DNA from: an uncultured archaeon
GTDB lineage: Archaea; Asgardarchaeota; Thorarchaeia; Thorarchaeales; Thorarchaeaceae
Direction: 5' to 3'
DNA: 25,800 nucleotides
Assembly (NCBI GenBank): GCA_964610875.1
Contig: CAZSWP010000048.1
Location: 1 to 25,800 of the forward strand
Shown here: positions 1 to 9,305 of the stretch, piece by piece
Position numbering within the stretch: the stretch's first letter is position 1
Layout of the letters: each line of letters opens with the position of its first letter
Made by a program: the position numbers and the translations under genes
The notes under the pieces: generated by a model
What the model was told of the DNA's origin: nothing
Databases searched by the model: none
Seen by the model: the letters and a program-made list of their open reading frames with translations, nothing else

Positions 1-924
1 TTGGGACATGAATTGATATTTTTAGGGGGGGGCCTAGTACAACGTCAAAATCTCAATGCCTTTTCTGAAACATATCATGTACCAATTACGAATTCTATCA
101 GGCTTGTTATAGAGCCAACATTTAGGCGCAAATGGTTGAAAACAATTGACAAAATTAAACCAGATTTGGTTCATGCTCATAACATAATTGCAGCTGCGAT
201 GATGCTTGATACAGAATATCCCTTAGTATATGATGACCACGAATATTGGAGTCAAGAATTATTCAAGTATTCAACAAGAAGTCTGTTCAAGCGATTGGTT
301 GTAAAACCTTTAACGCGCGCTATTCCGAAATGGGAGAAAGATGTACTCAAAGAACATCCAGTGTTGACAGTAAGTGAAAATATCGCCTCCGAACACAGAC
401 AACTCTCCCGATTTGTAGGCGTAACAAAAAACTACCCTCTTCTTTCTGAAGTGAGTGGCCTTACACCTAAGTCTGATCGTGAGGGTTGTGTATACATTGG
501 CAATGACTTCAATCTTCCAAAGTTTCTACCTCATCGAAATATGTCTGGATTGCTGGAAACACTCAACTTTGATTCTCTCACAGGTTTTCCTCACCAAAAG
601 ATGATGGAGAAACTGACTCATTACAGAGTAGGATTGACTCCATGGAAACAACACGCCTTCCATAAGTATTGCGAGCCAAACAAGAACTATGAGTATCTTC
701 ATGCTGGGCTTCACGTGATATTAACAGAATCCCTTGCATTGGACTTACACAAGTTGGACTATGTTCACACATTCAAAGAGTATGCTGAGATTCCTCACAT
801 CCTTGAAGATTTGGATGATTATAATCCACAAGAAATTATGAATTTTGCAAGAGCTAATTTCGTTTGGGAAAATCAGGAAGAGGTAATTACTAAAGCTTAT
901 GAAAGTGCCTTGAACGGGAAATGA
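1..924 (+). CDS. Glycosyltransferase family 4-like (GT-B fold); 5' end possibly truncated by the window edge
   Basis: KPDLVHAHN, LVYDDHEYW, PNKNYEYLHAGL and the C-terminal ARANFVWE motif are typical of GT4 enzymes. Confidence 0.85.
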   Translation: MGHELIFLGGGLVQRQNLNAFSETYHVPITNSIRLVIEPTFRRKWLKTIDKIKPDLVHAHNIIAAAMMLDTEYPLVYDDHEYWSQELFKYSTRSLFKRLVVKPLTRAIPKWEKDVLKEHPVLTVSENIASEHRQLSRFVGVTKNYPLLSEVSGLTPKSDREGCVYIGNDFNLPKFLPHRNMSGLLETLNFDSLTGFPHQKMMEKLTHYRVGLTPWKQHAFHKYCEPNKNYEYLHAGLHVILTESLALDLHKLDYVHTFKEYAEIPHILEDLDDYNPQEIMNFARANFVWENQEEVITKAYESALNGK

Positions 925-1002
925 TGAGAAGCGACAACTCCATATATGAAACGAGAAAGAGGTTTTCATCACCTCAGAAAACCAGTGAGGATATAGATAC
1001 TC

Positions 1003-1935
1003 ATGACACTGCCTGAGAATAATTTTCCTTATCATGAATATTGTGGGTTTTGTAGAGAATCATGCACTGCGGTTCACACAGATGCATCATACCTGTTGAT
1101 TACTAATTTCTGGAATGAACACGATAATATTGTACGATTCTTCCAACGGATTGGAAAACAGACTGTCTTGCCAAAACTCTGGATTTGGATTGATGATGGC
1201 TCAACTGATAATTCATCTGACGAAATTCGAAGAATGTTGGACAGTCTTCCTGAAGTTGAAATTTGGTTAGAGGTTATGCCACGAAAAGAAAAAGGGGATC
1301 TTGATACCATTGGAAAGGCATATGATAGAACAATTCCGAAACTGATTGAAAAAATTGACAAGTTCAAACTTGACTATGCAGCTATCATGGATGTTGATAA
1401 TGACCCATGTCCCAACTACTGCGCAAGGATGATGTGGCTTCTTGACAATCACCAGCACGTTGGTGCTGCCGCAGGAATTCCTATTGGTGAGATAGAGAAA
1501 AGAAAGGTGGGTCTACCTATGGGCGGAGGAAAATTCATCCGTTGGTCCATTATGAGAAAAATCAAGAAATATTGGGATATTGCACCTGATACCTTATTGA
1601 ATATCAAAGCTTTGGCAAATGACTACGAATTGAGAACTTGGCCAGTTCCTATGAATTTAGATGAATTGACCACAGGATTTACCTCAAAAGGTGTCTTCAG
1701 ACAAGGTCGTCTTAACTACTATGTCGGTCGACCCTTTTGGGCTGTCCTTTTCCGGGCTTTGCGAAGATTTATTCTTCAACAACATGGTACACAAATGCTT
1801 CGTGGTTACTTCATGGAGATGAAAAGAGGTACTTGGCGATTTGAAGACCCTGATGTTGAAAGATATTACAATAGAGGTCAGAATCCAATCTCTGGTTTAC
1901 TTGATGTATTGAAATACGCTTTCAAAAAAATGTAA
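1003..1935 (+). CDS. Glycosyltransferase family 2 (GT-A fold)
   Basis: NFWNEHDNI, WIWIDDGSTDNS and the IMDVD DxD motif. Confidence 0.88.
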   Translation: MTLPENNFPYHEYCGFCRESCTAVHTDASYLLITNFWNEHDNIVRFFQRIGKQTVLPKLWIWIDDGSTDNSSDEIRRMLDSLPEVEIWLEVMPRKEKGDLDTIGKAYDRTIPKLIEKIDKFKLDYAAIMDVDNDPCPNYCARMMWLLDNHQHVGAAAGIPIGEIEKRKVGLPMGGGKFIRWSIMRKIKKYWDIAPDTLLNIKALANDYELRTWPVPMNLDELTTGFTSKGVFRQGRLNYYVGRPFWAVLFRALRRFILQQHGTQMLRGYFMEMKRGTWRFEDPDVERYYNRGQNPISGLLDVLKYAFKKM

Positions 1936-1953
1936 CATGGTGTCATAATCACA

Positions 1954-2610
1954 TTACGTTCCAAAAGACTCCACAAATCCTCTCTCTTGTACAAATGCCT
2001 CTGCATATGGATATCCAATATGATTTCCCTGGTATCCCATTAATGATTTAATCGCATTTATTTCAAAGTAACCTCTTCTCGCAACTTGTGATTTGTATAA
2101 TTGAAGCATCTCGATTTTCTTATCAACCTCTTCTTGCGTTAGAGGAATGAAAACTTGTGGTGTGAAACCAGGACAGTTTCCAGGCACCTCATATGACAGT
2201 ATTCCAGTATCTGTCTTCATAAATGCCCTACGAGTTTCTTCTGCAACAACTTTGTGATCTTGATGTAAATCACCATACCATGTTGAGATCACAAGGTCGG
2301 GTTTCTTTTCCTTTCGGAATTCATAGATTTTCTCCAAGATGTCTTGTCTATAAGTAGGAAATTCTCTGACGGGTGTCTGTAGAATAGTTACATCATTAAT
2401 ACCAATGTGTAGAGCAGCAGCTTTACACTCCTTCTCAAGAGCATCTATGGGGAATCTGGACGTGTCTATACTCTTTCTACAATCACTGAAGACTAGAAAC
2501 GTAACTTCGATTCCTGCTTCCACCATCTTCCTTGCAGTTCCCCCAGCTCCAAGTTCCATATCATCAGTGTGTGCTGAGATGATAAGCGCTCGTTTTATTT
2601 TCCACTCCAT
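1954..2610 (-). CDS. PIG-L/LmbE family N-acetyl sugar deacetylase
   Basis: AHTDDMELGAGG, DLHQDH, YKSQ and YAEAF motifs; start placed at MEWKIK (2610) rather than 2637. Confidence 0.92.
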   Translation of the reverse strand: MEWKIKRALIISAHTDDMELGAGGTARKMVEAGIEVTFLVFSDCRKSIDTSRFPIDALEKECKAAALHIGINDVTILQTPVREFPTYRQDILEKIYEFRKEKKPDLVISTWYGDLHQDHKVVAEETRRAFMKTDTGILSYEVPGNCPGFTPQVFIPLTQEEVDKKIEMLQLYKSQVARRGYFEINAIKSLMGYQGNHIGYPYAEAFVQERGFVESFGT

Positions 2611-2743
2611 GAATATGAACTCCTGACAGGATAGCATTCCTAGTGATTCAAAAGATATAACTTTCGGTACAATTCAATACTATTAACAAAATTCAAGAGG
2701 GAAACACCATGCTACTGAAACAACCTCCGTACTGGTGAATTAA

Positions 2744-3826
2744 GTGAAGAAATGCAAGGTTTTGGTAACCGGTTCGACAGCTCCTGGATTCGTAAGTATC
2801 GTTAAAGCTCTACGGTCTAGTGAAAAGTATGATTTTGAAATTGTTGGGTCAGACTATCGTGAGGGACTTGGTTCCAGATATTTTGTCAAAGACCATTATA
2901 TACTCCCTGATAATCGGAGTGATGCTTTTCCAACTGCATTACTAGAACTCTGTGAAAGGGAATCTGTTGAGGTGATACTCCCGATACGAACTGATGATCA
3001 GATGCCTATTTGTGAACACTTTGGTGAGTTTCGAGACAAAGGAATTGAACCAGCACTAATTGTCAGTGATCCCAAGCTAATGGATATGTTGTTGAATAAA
3101 CGAAAACTATTGGAATATTGTGAGAAGATCATCCGAATTGAAGTTCCTCAATATGGATTCTCAACTCATTCAGAAGATTTGGAATCCGAAATCAAAAGGC
3201 TTGGATATCCTGAAAGACCTGTTGTAATCAAACCTAGTTACTCAAATGGCTCACGTGGTTTCAGAATACTCGATGCTTCTAAGGACAAAAAGAGGATGTT
3301 TTTTGAGGAAAAGCCGACCGGCATATTTTCCACCCTGGATGAAGTTCTAGCAATTCTTGGTGACGAATTTCAAGAAATGATTGCAATGGAATATTTACCT
3401 GGTAGAGAATATACCCTGGATACATTATGTAGAAGAGGAAAGACCTTCGCAGTAGTTCCACGCTTTCGATCTAGAATGACAGGGGGGATAACAACTAGCG
3501 GTGTCGTTTCGAAGGATTCCAATTATAACACTATCAAAGAAACTGCTGAGAAGATTGTTGAAGGATTTGGGTTGTCTTACAACGCTGGTATCCAAGTTAA
3601 GGAGAGTAAAGATGGAATCCCCCTTCTACTGGAAGTGAATCCGCGACTCCAAGGAACCACAACAATGAGTGTTACTGCTGGCGTTAATATTCCGGAACTA
3701 ATGGTTATGATGGCATTAGAAGAATTTGATTACGATTTCTCTCCTAATGTGAAATGGGGTTTGGAGATGGAGCGCATTTGGCTTGAACTGTTCAGCTATG
3801 ATGGGAAGGTTTGGACAAATGAGTGA
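2744..3826 (+). CDS. ATP-grasp domain ligase (CarB-like single domain, glycan-locus type)
   Basis: VVIKPSYSNGSRGF, MEYLPGREYT, LLEVNPRLQG and AGVNIP motifs. Confidence 0.9.
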   Translation: MKKCKVLVTGSTAPGFVSIVKALRSSEKYDFEIVGSDYREGLGSRYFVKDHYILPDNRSDAFPTALLELCERESVEVILPIRTDDQMPICEHFGEFRDKGIEPALIVSDPKLMDMLLNKRKLLEYCEKIIRIEVPQYGFSTHSEDLESEIKRLGYPERPVVIKPSYSNGSRGFRILDASKDKKRMFFEEKPTGIFSTLDEVLAILGDEFQEMIAMEYLPGREYTLDTLCRRGKTFAVVPRFRSRMTGGITTSGVVSKDSNYNTIKETAEKIVEGFGLSYNAGIQVKESKDGIPLLLEVNPRLQGTTTMSVTAGVNIPELMVMMALEEFDYDFSPNVKWGLEMERIWLELFSYDGKVWTNE

Positions 3827-4223
3827 TATTCTAGTGATTCTAGACTATGATGATACAATAATCCATAGAGATGGACATACTGAAAATCTTAATCTCTTAT
3901 GCGATTTCAAGAAAAACGAAGTTGAATTCTCTCTAGCATCTAGAAATCATCACTATCATGTTGTAAGGGGGCTGCAGAAGTTGGATATTCTTGATATTTT
4001 TACTTATATAATGGCTGATTTCAGACCCAAGTCCTATCAGGTTCGTCATATATTGTCTAACTACGAAAATGAAGGGTTTGATTTCAATAAGGTATACTTT
4101 GTCGATGATTATTTACCTAATATTGAAAGGGTCAGGAAGGATGAGCCATCGGTATCAACCATACATTTTGGAATTGAAGCATCTTCTTTTGAAGATGTTT
4201 TCTCCAGAATCGGTTTGATTTAG
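3819..4223 (+). CDS. HAD-superfamily phosphatase (MDP-1-like)
   Basis: Motif I ILDYDDT, motif II SLASRN, a Lys in RPKS, motif IV YFVDD; ATG at 3819 overlaps the end of the ATP-grasp gene. Confidence 0.82.
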   Translation: MSDILVILDYDDTIIHRDGHTENLNLLCDFKKNEVEFSLASRNHHYHVVRGLQKLDILDIFTYIMADFRPKSYQVRHILSNYENEGFDFNKVYFVDDYLPNIERVRKDEPSVSTIHFGIEASSFEDVFSRIGLI

Positions 4224-5788
4224 ATTAGACCTGCTTTTTGTGCAAACTTGCGATAGCCTTTCATGAGTAGCTTTACAACATTCATTTTCAGATTGAACTT
4301 GATCCATTTCTCCTCAGTTGGTTCTTTGAAAAACAGACCAAATTGTTTCGCATAATCGTTTTCTGAAGGAATTGATACCAGCTCTTCAACAGCTTTCGGT
4401 GAAAATGTCAATTCCACATCGGGATTCTCAGCTCTATGAGGAATCACATCAATCTTGTTCTTTCCTGTTATCAGAACGTGGAATCTATCTTTGTCAATGA
4501 TGTAATCAATTACAGCTCCTTTCTTTAGTCCTTCAAATATCTTAGGATGGTCTGATAGATATTCCATGAATCGAATCTTGATTTTGCTCTCGGTAGATTT
4601 GGCTTTCTTTTTCGTTGTAATGTATGGCACCAGAAATTCTGGAATATCTAAGATTTCCATATTACTCCCTGCGTATTTTGCACCATCTACGAGTCCTCTG
4701 TGACAGAACGGACATGCTGTAACCAAAATGGATGAACCGGTTTCTTCAGCTTCTACGATCCGATCTGCTGCAACTTTGTCAGCAATCTCTCCAAAAGCAC
4801 TTTTGACTCCTCCGCCTGAACCACAACAGTGTGCATATCGTTTGTTAGTAGCCATTTCGATAAGTTCTACATTCTCTACTGCTTCAATTACACGGCGTGG
4901 TGCCTCATAGACCTCGGCATGTCTTCCGAGATGACATGGGTCATGATATGTAACCTTGATGGGCTCTGGAGCACTGAAGGATATATTTCCATTCTGAATC
5001 AAATCATCCAGATATTCTGTGATATGCAGTACTTTGAAGGGATATTTGAAGCCGTTCTCAGGAACGTCTATCTTCCATGTTCGGTAGCAACCTGCGCATG
5101 AAGTGATGATTTTCGTTGCTCCTGTTTTCTTTATTGCTTCAATGTTATGTTCCGTCAGATTTGCGAAGGATTTGGTCCTACCTGTTCTAAGGAGTACCGA
5201 GCCACAACATCTCTCATCTTGAATGATTGTATAATCTGCTCCTGCTGCGTCTAGAAGTTCTACCGTCTTTCTAGCAATCTCTTTTTCACGATATGAAGCA
5301 GTGCACCCAACATAGAAGACTGCATCTGCTTTCTCAGGCCATTGTCTCTCACCAAAGACTGCCCATCTTTTATCATGGCTTTCCTTGTACGGATTGAATT
5401 CGTTGATTATTGATTCTTCTACCACATCATGTCTTGCAACACCAAATCCATTCTCAACCAAGTCCTTCCTTAGTGCTTCAATCATGTCTGGTATTCTAAT
5501 CCCCTCCGCTGTTGCAGGGCACGTTTCTTGACAGCTCTTACACGTGTTACAAGCATAAAGCCAATCCACGATATCGTCATTGACTTCGAGGTTCCCCTCG
5601 ATTAAGTCATTCATGACCATTACTCGCCCTCTTGCAGAATATGCCTCAAATCCCAACACATTCTTTATTGCACAAGGAAAGTAAACATCCCTATTTGATG
5701 CAACTGTCTTATCGGCGAGTGAGCAATCTCCACATCTTCCACAGAGGAAGAGATCCTCTTGATATTTGACCAAGTTTGGAAATTCCAT
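4220..5788 (-). CDS. GlcF/GlpC/HdrD-type Fe-S oxidoreductase (4Fe-4S dicluster plus two CCG domains) with a C-terminal SCP2-like domain
   Basis: CGRCGDC and CNTCKSCQETCP; two CCG domains (YVGC..CCG..CAGC and HDPCHLGR..CCG..CPFC); an extra ~120 aa C-terminal domain containing NPDVELTFS. Confidence 0.9.
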   Translation of the reverse strand: MEFPNLVKYQEDLFLCGRCGDCSLADKTVASNRDVYFPCAIKNVLGFEAYSARGRVMVMNDLIEGNLEVNDDIVDWLYACNTCKSCQETCPATAEGIRIPDMIEALRKDLVENGFGVARHDVVEESIINEFNPYKESHDKRWAVFGERQWPEKADAVFYVGCTASYREKEIARKTVELLDAAGADYTIIQDERCCGSVLLRTGRTKSFANLTEHNIEAIKKTGATKIITSCAGCYRTWKIDVPENGFKYPFKVLHITEYLDDLIQNGNISFSAPEPIKVTYHDPCHLGRHAEVYEAPRRVIEAVENVELIEMATNKRYAHCCGSGGGVKSAFGEIADKVAADRIVEAEETGSSILVTACPFCHRGLVDGAKYAGSNMEILDIPEFLVPYITTKKKAKSTESKIKIRFMEYLSDHPKIFEGLKKGAVIDYIIDKDRFHVLITGKNKIDVIPHRAENPDVELTFSPKAVEELVSIPSENDYAKQFGLFFKEPTEEKWIKFNLKMNVVKLLMKGYRKFAQKAGLI

Positions 5789-7213
5789 TTAGACTCCTCC
5801 TTCAAAGACATGCGGACTCAGTATATTATCTGGGTCTAAGGCTTTCTTGATTTTCCAGTAAATATCCAGGAAATTCTTGTCTGCTCTTTCAATTGTTCTT
5901 CCCTCCCAGAGAAGCCCATTCCAGTACGGACATCCTCCTGTTTCTATTATCGAGTCAAGCATTTCATTCCATATTTTAAGTCCAATCTCCATCTTTTCAG
6001 GAGTTGGCGGGAAAATGGTAACCCATCCTGTTGCATATGCCCGTTCGGCGGCAAGACAACTGGCTATGTATTTGATTCCATGTTTCTTGGTGTCATATTT
6101 TTTGAATATGGCATAAATTCTGTCCATCATCTCGGGTATTGATGTAATGGGTCTAAGATGACATGTATTCAACCAAAAACCATTGTTGTAGAGTGGTTGT
6201 ACTAGATTGAACAACTCACTCCAATGCATTTGAGCAGCAAAATTGCCCAAATCTTTACCATCATGTTCTTTAACAATTTCAAGAATGAGCTCTCTTTTTC
6301 GTCTTGCGAGGACTTCATCTGTTTCTTGTACGATAGCTGCAAAGAACGCATTAATCTCTGGATGGCTATTTAGAAGTCCTGGGAAGAAGGTTTCAACAGC
6401 CTCTCTATCAACTAGTAGATTCAGTTCTTCTGTGAAACCTAGTTTCTGGACCTCAAGAAATGCTTTGGTTGCACTCTCCAAGTCTTTGAATCCAAAATCG
6501 CCATACGCATAATGTTCTGCCTTTGGATATATCTTCAATGTCACTTTTGTCTTAACGCCAAGTGTTCCGTGGTCACCAAGGAATAAGCCTGTCAAATCAA
6601 AGAATGAAGAATATCTCCCAAACAATTTGGCATCTGGATTCCATCCTGTCCCTGTTGTGACAATTTCGCCATTTGCTAGGACAACTTCAACAGATACGAC
6701 TCCCTCTGTTGACGGTCCATATTTTGACGCAGCATATCCAATGCTGTTAATGCTAGTGGATCCACCAACAGTCCCAACATTGCCACCGTAGGGTCCTCTA
6801 AATCCTAGCTTGTATCCCTTCTCATCAAGACGATGGATGAGTTCAGCCCATCTGAGTCCAGCCTCAACTGTTACTGTCATAACATCTTCATCAATGTTGA
6901 CGACACTGTCCATCTTTACCATGTCAAGCATCACTGCACTCTTAGTTCGAGGAAGACATGCACCACATATGCCATTGCGGCCACCTGCTGGCACCAGTGG
7001 TGTCTTGGTTTCTCGACAAAGATTCACAATCGCTTGGACTTCCTCTACACTAGTAGGTATAACAACGATGCCCGGTCTCTCTGCTGTCAGATGGGATGAG
7101 TCTTTGCTATATGATGAGATTATGATTTGATTATCATTCAGACGGTCTTCACCGACGATTTCTTCTAATCTATCATAGAGTGGGTGTGACTGGGTAGATC
7201 GCACGACGGTCAT
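5789..7213 (-). CDS. FAD-binding oxidoreductase, GlcD/D-lactate dehydrogenase/ADHAPS (VAO/PCMH) family
   Basis: VVIPTSVEEVQAIV, PAGGRNG, VTVEAG, TVGG, GDHGTLGV and KKALDPDNILSP; likely start 7213 (or 7228/7225); its stop abuts the Fe-S gene start. Confidence 0.9.
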   Translation of the reverse strand: MTVVRSTQSHPLYDRLEEIVGEDRLNDNQIIISSYSKDSSHLTAERPGIVVIPTSVEEVQAIVNLCRETKTPLVPAGGRNGICGACLPRTKSAVMLDMVKMDSVVNIDEDVMTVTVEAGLRWAELIHRLDEKGYKLGFRGPYGGNVGTVGGSTSINSIGYAASKYGPSTEGVVSVEVVLANGEIVTTGTGWNPDAKLFGRYSSFFDLTGLFLGDHGTLGVKTKVTLKIYPKAEHYAYGDFGFKDLESATKAFLEVQKLGFTEELNLLVDREAVETFFPGLLNSHPEINAFFAAIVQETDEVLARRKRELILEIVKEHDGKDLGNFAAQMHWSELFNLVQPLYNNGFWLNTCHLRPITSIPEMMDRIYAIFKKYDTKKHGIKYIASCLAAERAYATGWVTIFPPTPEKMEIGLKIWNEMLDSIIETGGCPYWNGLLWEGRTIERADKNFLDIYWKIKKALDPDNILSPHVFEGGV

Positions 7214-7427
7214 TAGAAACGCCATCATAAAAAATGGAAATGCCCTATAAGTATTCAACGATAAGGTATTCCATATTTTAAAGTTAGAATAATAGCAAAG
7301 ATGATTATCCAATTGTAGTGTGGTGCCATAGTGAGGGCAAATAAGTGTCTGTTGATCCCAGTAGTTCTCTTGATTGTTCTTATTGGATATCAAAACTCAC
7401 TTCTGGCTCAGATTAAATCTAGTATTG

Positions 7428-7754
7428 ATGGAAAATCTAAACTATCGGCTCGATAGTAAATTCAAAGGAGCAGTACGAGCATTAGTTCAAGGTAAGTATA
7501 CCCACAAGAATGTAGTAGCAGAAATTCAGGTAGAAGGGTCTCTTCAGGAGAATGATGCTGAACATTCAGTAAGAATTCCTGGAGATGATGAAGCAATATT
7601 ACCTACTACTATTCAAGAGTTTACTTCCAGAATTGTTGAATGGAGATGCGTTCATTGTGGCGCATCTCTCACATCTGAGGATGTTGAAACACTTCGAGAT
7701 AGAGTCCCTTTGGAATGTAGATTCTGTGGAAGAACAATCTCCTCGGAACGATGA
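7428..7754 (+). CDS. Small protein with C-terminal Zn-ribbon (CxxC-x19-CxxC)
   Basis: WRCVHCGASL...LECRFCG; start placed at MENLNY. Confidence 0.7.
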   Translation: MENLNYRLDSKFKGAVRALVQGKYTHKNVVAEIQVEGSLQENDAEHSVRIPGDDEAILPTTIQEFTSRIVEWRCVHCGASLTSEDVETLRDRVPLECRFCGRTISSER

Positions 7755-7763
7755 TGTCCGGAA

Positions 7764-8231
7764 TCATTTGATCATACCCATATATTCGATTTCTTTGTAT
7801 TTTCGAGAGAGTTCAGGCCATGTGCTCAAAAACAGGTCAACCTTACCAAGAAGGAGTGTTCCTGCTTTCGATGGTTTATAGACTCGACCAGGGCTCTCAA
7901 TGAATACCGTCTTTATGCCAAGGAATTTTGCCGTAAGGAAGATCGGATAAGTAAGTCCAGAGCCTGTACTAATAGCCACCCTAGGCCGGACAATGAGTAA
8001 AAGGAGTAGACCATGAATGAATAGGAGTAGTGTTCTTAGAATAGTCAAAAATATATTGTCACCAGCTCGAAACCTTGGTGAAAGTACACTGAAATAATTT
8101 GTACCGACTCTTTTCTTGGTGTGCTCCGATTCCCATGGCACTATGTAGAAGACATCAGCCGTTATTTGTTTGCTGAGGATCAACCCTCTAGCTGTATGTC
8201 CTCCTGCACCTAGAACAAATAAGACTCTCAA
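7764..8231 (-). CDS. Alg14/PssD/Cps14F-like oligosaccharide biosynthesis glycosyltransferase subunit
   Basis: LGAGGHT, RPRVAISTGSG, FIESPGRVYKPSKAG and the TWPEL motif. Confidence 0.9.
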   Translation of the reverse strand: MRVLFVLGAGGHTARGLILSKQITADVFYIVPWESEHTKKRVGTNYFSVLSPRFRAGDNIFLTILRTLLLFIHGLLLLLIVRPRVAISTGSGLTYPIFLTAKFLGIKTVFIESPGRVYKPSKAGTLLLGKVDLFLSTWPELSRKYKEIEYMGMIK

Positions 8232-8542
8232 TGTTGATTCCTATTCAGGATTTACGTTCTTCCTGATAAGCAATGTTATGGGACTGTCACTTGTGTATCT
8301 ATGCACATCCGTTCGTTTCATGTCATCATATATCAATCCGCGCCAAATACTAGGGTCATAAATTCCGTAAAGTCGAGATGTATTCTAATTTCATACGCTG
8401 GTATACATTGGGGTAATACATGGAGCTGTATGCCACTATTGTCTGGATTTGATGTGCTCTTTATATTAGAAAAATGCCTTAGTTCCAGTGGAAGCAAAGG
8501 TCAGTTTATTCTGGCTTTGAAAAACCACCGAGATGAACAACC

Positions 8543-9292
8543 TTGAGTAAGAAAAAGCGCACATCCAAGAAGAAACAATCGAAACTCATCAAACCACGTG
8601 GAATGGGGCTTGCAATCAAGCTCTATCGTCACAGTGGATTGACAGAAACTCCCACAAAACTTGCTAAGGCATTACGGGATATTGAGTATAAACCCTCGAA
8701 GAAGAATGACATAACATCAGGGTTCACCAAGGCTACTGCAAAAGGTAAAACCGTGGAAGGTGAATTCGTTGCAGGTTTCAGAGTACCTGTTCTCACGTAC
8801 AGTGCAGATGGTGATCTAACAGCTCAGCATTACGTGAGTGTAGATCGTGCACATGTATTCATAAAGATGGACAGGGGTACTATTGAGATTCGCGGTTCCG
8901 ACAGAGTAGCTCGCAGATTCCTGAAAACACTGGAAGATGCAACTGGTGCCACTACTTCTCCATTGAACCTTAATGGAGGAACTAAGGTCCTATACGATTC
9001 CGCTAAAGATATCTCTTCAGTCTTATTGACTGGAGTTGAGAAGGGAAATCTATCTAAAGCGCAGTTTCAGGGTGAAGGAATTCAAACAGAAGAAGAGATT
9101 GGTCTATACACCCGTAGATACAAGGGTGAGATCACTCGATTTAGGGGTAAGTTTGGATATCCCAGTGGAGCAATACTCACAACCGCTGTCAATGCTGAAG
9201 TAGGTTCATTAGTAGTATTCAGATCTGGTGACGGCATCCTTGAGAAGGATGTGGACTGGATTGTTGGAATGATGGAAGACGCAGCTGTATAA
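8543..9292 (+). CDS. Hypothetical protein with a basic N-terminus and a probable RdgC-like fold
   Basis: Clean 249-aa ORF; residue pattern recalls RdgC (see findings). The fold is an inference. Confidence 0.7.
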   Translation: MSKKKRTSKKKQSKLIKPRGMGLAIKLYRHSGLTETPTKLAKALRDIEYKPSKKNDITSGFTKATAKGKTVEGEFVAGFRVPVLTYSADGDLTAQHYVSVDRAHVFIKMDRGTIEIRGSDRVARRFLKTLEDATGATTSPLNLNGGTKVLYDSAKDISSVLLTGVEKGNLSKAQFQGEGIQTEEEIGLYTRRYKGEITRFRGKFGYPSGAILTTAVNAEVGSLVVFRSGDGILEKDVDWIVGMMEDAAV

Positions 9293-9305
9293 GAATAGCC
9301 TGCAT

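Noticed and set aside
944-990. Two short hairpins between the GT4 and GT2 genes
   Set aside because: Weak 5-6 bp stems compatible with chance
4220-4223. 4-nt overlaps of convergent stop codons (also 11001-11004 and 16842-16845)
   Set aside because: A common feature of compact archaeal genomes; useful only to confirm gene ends
7229-7393. N-terminal extensions in the ORF track (also 10201-10359, 23593-23661, 23624-23770)
   Set aside because: They overlap divergent genes or promoter regions and precede the first family motif; downstream starts fit better
8232-8542. Small ORFs (8301-8546 +, 8170-8361 +) in the 310-nt divergent spacer
   Set aside because: No recognisable motifs or SD, and atypical composition; treated as intergenic
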